64,000 bases of DNA from an uncultured Solirubrobacterales bacterium (GTDB taxonomy: Bacteria; Actinomycetota; Thermoleophilia; Solirubrobacterales; 70-9): contig CAVORK010000003.1 in NCBI GenBank assembly GCA_963698625.1, positions 411,317 to 475,316 of the forward strand, read 5' to 3'. The position numbers and the translations under genes were made by a program. The notes under the pieces were generated by a model. The model did not search any database. It saw only the letters and a program-made list of their open reading frames with translations, and was not told where the DNA came from. Within the stretch, counting starts at the first letter, position 1. Every line of letters begins with the position of its first letter. This document shows, piece by piece, positions 58,260 through 64,000 of the stretch.

Positions 58260-59218
58260 GTGAAAGCAATCCAGATCACCGAATTCGGCGGACCGGAAGT
58301 GCTCGAGCTGGTCGAGCTCCCGGACCCGGAGCCCGGCGCGGGTGAAACCGTGGTCACGATCGCGCCGGACCGGGGTCAACTTCGCCGATACCCATGCGAC
58401 CCGCAACGACTACCTGGCCAAGCAGAGCTCTGCCGCTTCATCCCCGGGGTGGAACTGACCGGGGTGAACCGAAGACGGTCGCCGGGTCGCCGCGGTTGTT
58501 CCCAGCGGAGCCTACGCCGAGAAGGTCGCGGTGCCGAGTGAGCGCGCTGGTGCGAGGTCCCCGACGGGTCGATGACGACCAGGCCGCCGGCCTGCTGATC
58601 CAGGGCCTTACCGCCGATGCGATCCTGCGGATCTCGGCCAACATGCAGCCGGGCGAGAGCGTGGTGATCAACGCCGCCGCCGGTGGAACCGGCAGCCTCG
58701 CGGTCCAGATCGCGCGTTCGATGGGGGCCGGCCGGATCATCGCGCTGGCCTCGACGCGCCGACAAGCGGGCGCTGACCCTCGAGCTCGGGGCCGATGTCG
58801 CGCTCGATTCGCGCAGTGAGACCCTGAGCGAGGATCTGATCGAGGCCAACGGACGGTGAGCCGGTCGATGTGGTGCTCGAGATGGCCGGCGGCGCGGCCT
58901 TCGACCACTGCCTCAAAGCGCTCGCTCCGTTCGGACGACTGGTCACATTCGGGATCGCCTCGGCCGAGCAGAATACGGTCAGAACCGGCTCTCTGATGCG
59001 GAACAGCCGTTCCGTGGTCGGTTTCTGGATCAACCACCTTCTGGCCCGGCCGGACCTCGCGCGGGAGCTCGAGCGAGCGGGTTCTCGGGGCCGCGGCGCG
59101 GGGTGAGCTGAAGACGGTGATCGGCGGCACCTACCCGCTGGAAGAGGCCGCCGAGGTCCACCGGATGATGGCCGGGCGACGTACGATCGGGAAAATGCTG
59201 TTGGATCCCTCTCAGTGA
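58260..59218 (+). CDS. NADPH:quinone oxidoreductase / zeta-crystallin-type medium-chain dehydrogenase, frame broken at least 5 times
   Basis: GTG at 58260. Recognisable segments are spread over three frames: VKAIQITEFGGPEVLELVELPDPEPGAGETVV.., ..GLTADAILRISANMQPGESVVINAAAGGTGSLAVQIARSMGAGRIIALAS.., ..VDVVLEMAGGAAFDHCLKALAPFGRLVTFG.. and ..LKTVIGGTYPLEEAAEVHRMMAGRRTIGKMLLDPSQ (stop 59216-59218). Confidence 0.75.
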
Positions 59219-60822
59219 CTGAAAACAGCGTTACCTTCAAGGACCTCGGGCTCTCCCCGGAAATACAGCAGGCAATCGACGAACTCGGCTTCGAAGATCC
59301 GAGCCCGATCCAGGCGGAGGGCATCCCGCCGCTGCTCGCCGGCCATGACGTGATCGGCCAGGCGCAGACCGGGACCGGCAAGACTCTGGCCTTCGGCATC
59401 CCGATGCTCCAGTACCTCGACCCGGATAACGACGAGGTCCAGGCAGTCGTGCTCGACCCCGACCCGCGAGCTCTGCATCCAGGTCACCCAGGCGCTGCGC
59501 ACTTACGCCGAGCACCTCGACATCGAGATCGTCGCCGTCTTCGGTGGCGCCCCGATCCGGAGCCAGCAGTCCCAGCTGCGGTCTGGTGCACACGTGGTGG
59601 TCGCGACGGTCGGCCGGATGAAGGACCTGATCTCCCGCCGCTCGCTGGTACTGACCGCGGCCCGCTTCATCGTGCTCGACGAGGCTGACGAGATGCTCGA
59701 CCTCGGCTTCCTCGAAGACGTCGAGAAGATCCTGCGCATGTGCCCCAGCGGCCGCCAGACGGCGCTGTTCTCGGCGACCATGCCGCCGCCGATCCAGAAG
59801 CTGGCCGAGGGCTACATGTACGACCCGGTCACGGTCAAGATCACCCCGAAGACAGCTGACCGTCGACGCGATCCGCCAGGCCTACGTCGAGGTGCCCGGC
59901 CGAGGCAAGACCGAAAAGCTGATCGAGATCCTCAAGGCCGAGGACCCGGAGCAGGCGATCCTGTTCTGCCGCACCAAGATCGGTGCCTCGCGGCTCGAGC
60001 GCGACCTCAAGAATCGTGGACTGGACGTCAAGGCGCTCCACGGCGACCTCAGCCAGGGCGCCCGCGACGGCGTGATGATCGCCTTCAAGGGACACCGGGT
60101 GAAGCTGCTGGTCGCGACCGACATCGCCGCCCGCGGACTCGACATCGAGCACGTCACCCACATCATCAACTACGACCTGCCGAACTCCTCGGAGACCTAC
60201 GTCCACCGGATCGGCCGTACCGGCCGCGCCGGGCGCACCGGTCGGGCGATCACTTTCGTCACGCCGGAGCAGCGCAAGGACCTGGTCCAGATCGAGAAGG
60301 ACGCCAGCACGACGATCACCGCCTGGGAGTCGCCCGAGGAGCGGATCGAGCACGCCCCGCCGCCCCGCCGTCGCCGCCGCAGTGGCCACGATCCGGCACC
60401 GCTGGACAAGGAGGACGACGAGCAGCGAGATGCGAGGACCCGCAGCCACGGAAGCATCCGCAGGCTGCGGCCGGGCCTGAAGTCTGCAGCCGAAGCTGAA
60501 ACCACGCCGGACGCCCGAGGTTGACGAAGCCGAATCCGGTGAGGCCGGGGAGCGCAGCAGCGAGGTGCCCGAGGTCGCGGACGGCGATCGCCAAGCTGTT
60601 TCGTCAATCGCGGCAGCCGCAGCGGCATCGACCGAAGACGATCTGCGCTGGGCACTGCGCGAAGGCGCGGTGCTGCGCGACGAGAAGATCGTCTCGGTCC
60701 GTGTGCTCGACCGGTTTTCCTTCGTCGAGATCGACGCCGATCAGGCCGAGCGAACGGTCGAGTTCCTCGACGGCTCGAAGCTCAAGGGCTCCGAGATCAG
60801 GGTCGAGGTCGCTCGCCGGTAA
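59215..60822 (+). CDS. DEAD-box ATP-dependent RNA helicase with a DbpA/CsdA-like C-terminal RNA-binding domain, frame broken at least 4 times
   Basis: GTG at 59215 overlaps the preceding stop (GTGA). Motifs: Q-motif ..FEDPSPIQ.., AQTGTGKT, VLDEADEML, SAT, ..ARGLDI.., HRIGRTGRAG. The C-terminal ..EDDLRWALREGAVLRDEKIVSVRVLDRFSFVEIDADQAERTVEFLDGSKLKGSEIRVEVARR ends at 60822. Confidence 0.85.
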
Positions 60823-61174
60823 GCGCCTGATCGCGGCGAGCAGTTCGGAGAAGTCGATCGGCTTGGTCACGTAGCCGTCAGCCCGGCCGAACTCGTCGGA
60901 CTGGTCGAGGTCGGGAATGGCACTGACCACCAGGACCGGGGTCTCGGGGAGAATCAGACTTGACCTGTTCGAGGACCTCGGCGCCACTGCGACGCGGCAT
61001 CATCGCGTCGAGCAGCATCAGGTCCGGCCGCTCGTCGTCCTCGAGCGATTCGAATCGCTCGATCGCGTCGGCGCCGTCACGGGCTTCGATCACTTCGTGA
61101 CCGGCCATCTCCAGCCGTCGCCGGAGCAGCAGCCGGATCGAAGCCGAATCTTCCGCGACCATGACCAGGCTCAT
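60797..61174 (-). CDS. stand-alone response-regulator receiver protein (CheY-like); the 3' end is uncertain because of indels
   Basis: MSLVMVAEDSASIRLLLRRRLEMAGHEVIEARDGADAIERF..PDLMLLDAMMPRRSGAEVLEQVK.. continues in another frame as ..PETPVLVVSAIPD..ADGYVTKPIDFSELLAAIRRL. The start ATG (complement of 61172-61174) overlaps the kinase stop (ATGA). Confidence 0.75.
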
Positions 61175-62250
61175 GCCGGTCCCGGAGATATCAGGGTGTA
61201 CGTGTTGGCGCGATCGAGCGGCAGCCAGACCTCGAAACGGCTGCCCTCGCCCTCGCTGGACTGGACCGAGATCAGCCCGCGGTGAAGTTCGGTCACCCGC
61301 TTGGCCACGGTCAGGCCGATTCCAGATCCGGTGAATTCCTCGGGTTGACAGTGCCCGCGTGGCGGAAGCTCGAAAACGCGTCGTCAGGATTCTCGAAAGG
61401 CAGGCCGGGTCCGTCGTCGGCGACCACGATCGAGATGCCCTCGTCCCGGATCCGGGCCGACACACAGATCGTCGTACCGGGCTCGGTGTGAATGTTCGCG
61501 TTGTGGATGATGTTCTGGAGCACCTGCCTGAGACGGCGCCCGTCCGCCTCGATCTCGGGCAGATCCGGATCGACGTCGACCAGCAGCGTCTGGTCTCGGT
61601 CCTCGATCCTGCCGGAAAGCGATTCCGTCACTTCACGGACGACCGTCGACGATCGAAGTCGGGCCGAGTTCCAGCATCAGTTCCCCGAAGCTGTTGGCGG
61701 TCAGGTCGAGGATGTCGTTGACCAGGCTCTGCAGGTAGAGCGCATTGGTGCGGATCATCTCCGTCGCCTCCTCCTGGAACGGGGTCAGGTTGGCGCGCTC
61801 CATTTCGAGGATCTCGGTGAATCCGATAAGCGCGGTAAGGGGTGACTTCAGTTCATGCGCGGCGGCCATCGAAAAGGTCGCCCTGCGCTGAAGCATCTGG
61901 TCGGTTAGGCCGGGTCCCAGGCCATGATCAATCGGTCTCCGTTCGAGACCGTTTCGTCATGGACCACCCACTCGAGGATCGGATGCTGCGGACCCGGCGC
62001 TGAACATCACCTTTTCGCTCTTGAGCAGCAGCCGGTCGATCTTCTCCTCGTTGGCGAACGGGACCAGAGCGTCGTAGAGGTTCTTTCCGGGCGCAGCACC
62101 GGGCGCGTAGTGCTCTGCCGTACGGTTTCGCCAGGACACATCGAACTGCGGCGAGTAGGCGATCATCGCTCCGGGCTGCAGGTCCATTACCTCTTCGAGA
62201 TAGTCGGGCTCTCCATCAACCCTCACGTTATCGACGTTGCCCATGTCCAC
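61171..62250 (-). CDS. soluble sensor histidine kinase (PAS-like N-terminus, HisKA, HATPase_c), frame broken at least 3 times
   Basis: H-box ..FSMAAAHELKSPLTALIGFTEIL... ATPase segments ..LRQVLQNIIHNANIHTEPGTTICVSA..IVVADDGPGLP.. and ..EEFTGSGIGLTVAKRVTELHRGLISVQSSEGEGSRFEVWLPL... N-terminal piece MDMGNVDNVRVDGEPDYLEEV... No transmembrane segment is evident. Confidence 0.75.
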
Positions 62251-62288
62251 AGACCCCGATCCGCTCCGGCCGCATAAGCTGTCCAGCG

Positions 62289-63328
62289 ATGAATGCTGAA
62301 TCGGAGGGAATTTCGCGGGGACCTCTGGAAGAGTGGTTCCGCGACCGCGTGCCCGAGCTTGAGGCGCCTCTCGACTACGAGAAGATTCACGGTGGCCTGT
62401 CCAACCTGACTTTTCTGGTCACCGATCAGGCGGTTCCCGCTGGGTTCTGCGCCGGCCGCCACTGGGCGCGCGACTGGGCTCGGCCCACGACATGGGCCGC
62501 GAGGTCAAGGTCGTAACTGCGCTCGCCGGGACCCCGGTTCCGGTCCCGCCGGTAGTCGGCTTTTGCGATGACGAGTCCGTGACCGGTGCGCCCGTTCTAT
62601 GTGATGGAGTTCGTCGAGGGACCGGTCCTCCGCTCATCCGATGAGGCGGCGCTCTTTCCCGGTCCGGACCAGCGCCGGCGGATCGGCGAGGGCCTGGTCG
62701 AGACGATGGTCCGAGATCCACTCGCTCGACCCGGACGCGATCGGCCTGGGTGAGCTGGGACGTCGCGAGGGCTACGTCGCCCGACAGTTGAAGCGCTGGT
62801 CGGGACAGTGGGAGAAGTCGAAGACGCGTGAACTTGAAACAGTCGAGCAGGTACACGCGAAACTGCTCGCCTCGATTCCCGAGCAGACCGAGACGACGAT
62901 CGTGCATGGCGATTACCGGCTTGACAATGTGATCTACAGCCCGCTGGGCGAGGTTGCCGCGGTCGTCGACTGGGAGCTCTGCACTCTGGGCGATCCACTC
63001 GCCGACCTCGGCCTGCTGATGGTCTACTGGGCCGAGCCCGAGGATGACTCGATCCCGCTGCTTCGCCCGGCCACGGTTGAACCGGGCTTTCCGTCTCGCG
63101 CTGAACTTGCGGCCCACTACGCAGCGGTATCCGGCCGGGACATCTCGAAGCTCGACTACTTCGTCGCGCTCGGATACTGGAAGCTGGCGGTCATCCTCGA
63201 GGGCGTGCTCGCCAGGTTCCGCAACGGACAGTACGGCGAGGAGGCCCGCGATGGCGGCGAGGAATTCGCCTCAGCGGTCGAGCAACTCGCCGAGGCGGCT
63301 TCCGGGCGATCGGCCGATACGAAGGCTG
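62289..63328 (+). CDS. APH/choline-kinase-fold phosphotransferase (the type found beside acyl-CoA dehydrogenases), frame broken about 3 times; the true stop is probably ~63326-63328
   Basis: ..YEKIHGGLSNLTFLVTD.., ..FYVMEFVEGPVL.., and the catalytic ..IVHGDYRLDNVIYSP..AAVVDWELCTLGDPLADLG... The ORF-track extension to 63654 runs antisense into the convergent ACAD gene. An alternative frame gives ..RAIGRYEG followed by a stop at 63326-63328. Confidence 0.7.
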
Positions 63329-63336
63329 AAGCCGGC

Positions 63337-64000
63337 TCAGCCGGCTGCAGCTTCGCGCTTCTTCAGTTGCCTGCCGACCTCGCGGCGGGCGATCACCATC
63401 TTGTGAACTTCGTCGGGGCCGTCGACCAGCTTCAGCATCCGGCTGAAGCGCCACATCGCAGCCAGCGGCAGCTCGTCGGACATGCCGAGGCCGCCGTGAA
63501 CCTGAAGCGAGCGGTCGAGCACGTTCATCACCATGTTCGCGGCGACAACCTTGATCATCGAGATCTCCTGGCGGGCGGCGCGCTTGCCGACTGCGTCCAT
63601 TTTCCAGGCGGCGTTCAGGGTCAGCATCCTTGCCTGATCGATCTCCATGCGTGAAAGCGCGATGAAGTCCTGGACGAACTGCTTCTCTGCCAGCGGACCG
63701 CCGAAGGCCTCGCGGTCGGCGGCTCGCAGGCACATCATTTCCAGCGCCCGTTCAGCCGTGCCGATCGCCCTCATGCAGTGGTGGATTCGCCCGGGACCGA
63801 GGCGGTCCTGAGCGATCAGGAAGCCGGCGCCGCGGTGTCCGAGCAGGTTGGCCTGGGGTACCCGGCAGTTGTCGAAGCGCACCTCCCAGTGCCCCGGACC
63901 GGCCGAGTGTCCCATGACCGAGATCGGCCGCACCGGCACGAAGCCGGGGGCATCGGCCGGAACACAGATCATCGAGGCGCGCGCGTAGGGGTTGCCTTCG
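63337..64000 (-). CDS. acyl-CoA dehydrogenase, C-terminal part (the gene continues beyond the window end)
   Basis: ..GPGRIHHCMRAIGTAERALEMM..AADREAFGGPLAEKQFVQDFIA..EISMIKVVAANMVMNVLDRSLQVHGGLGMSDELPLAAMWR..RMLKLVDGPDEVH.. is typical of ACAD middle and C-terminal domains. Confidence 0.85.
   Translation of the reverse strand, partial: EGNPYARASMICVPADAPGFVPVRPISVMGHSAGPGHWEVRFDNCRVPQANLLGHRGAGFLIAQDRLGPGRIHHCMRAIGTAERALEMMCLRAADREAFGGPLAEKQFVQDFIALSRMEIDQARMLTLNAAWKMDAVGKRAARQEISMIKVVAANMVMNVLDRSLQVHGGLGMSDELPLAAMWRFSRMLKLVDGPDEVHKMVIARREVGRQLKKREAAAG

Noticed and set aside
60604-60987. ORF 60604..60987 (minus strand) extending the receiver protein ~70 aa into the helicase gene, and ORF 62641..63654 extending the phosphotransferase 320 bp into the ACAD gene.
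   Set aside because: The extensions run antisense through well-supported convergent genes and have no family similarity. They are most likely read-through caused by indels that removed the true stop codons.

Overview
GC-rich, actinobacterium-like chromosomal window (the taxon is an inference from gene content). The flanks are ordinary housekeeping genes. On the 5' side: the aconitase C-terminus, an AlkC-like DNA alkylation repair protein, a 1318-aa lipoyl-E2o-E1o 2-oxoglutarate dehydrogenase fusion, a fatty acyl-CoA reductase plus alkyl-DHAP synthase pair, and a UbiA-family decaprenyl-phosphate phosphoribosyltransferase. On the 3' side: two small coupled ORFs, citrate synthase, a PfkB kinase, a quinone oxidoreductase, a DEAD-box helicase, a receiver/histidine-kinase pair, an APH-type phosphotransferase and an acyl-CoA dehydrogenase. 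The central ~43.5 kb (11559-54995, about two thirds of the window) is one accessory locus. It holds four co-oriented giant secreted repeat proteins: A ~8.8 kb, B ~19 kb, C ~7.2 kb and D ~6.9 kb. These are built from shuffled modules: two kinds of unannotated head domain, a Kelch-like propeller, DUF11-type domains, 53 copies of a 363-bp (121-aa) CX6C repeat, and a shared ~515-aa C-terminal module ending in a polybasic tail. An L,D-transpeptidase gene is translationally coupled to the end of the largest gene. None of the four proteins has a sortase- or exosortase-type sorting signal. My main candidate for a previously undescribed system is therefore a giant surface-fibre/adhesin family retained on the wall by its basic C-terminal modules, possibly through L,D-transpeptidase-mediated attachment. 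A 9-mer (CCGATTCAG) recurs in the upstream regions of genes B, C and D. Data-quality caveat: many genes, including essential ones such as citrate synthase, are broken by 1-2 nt indels. These indels are very unevenly distributed, so I joined ORF-track fragments into single genes wherever the protein sequence continues in another frame. No tRNA, rRNA, CRISPR array, transposase or integrase was seen.
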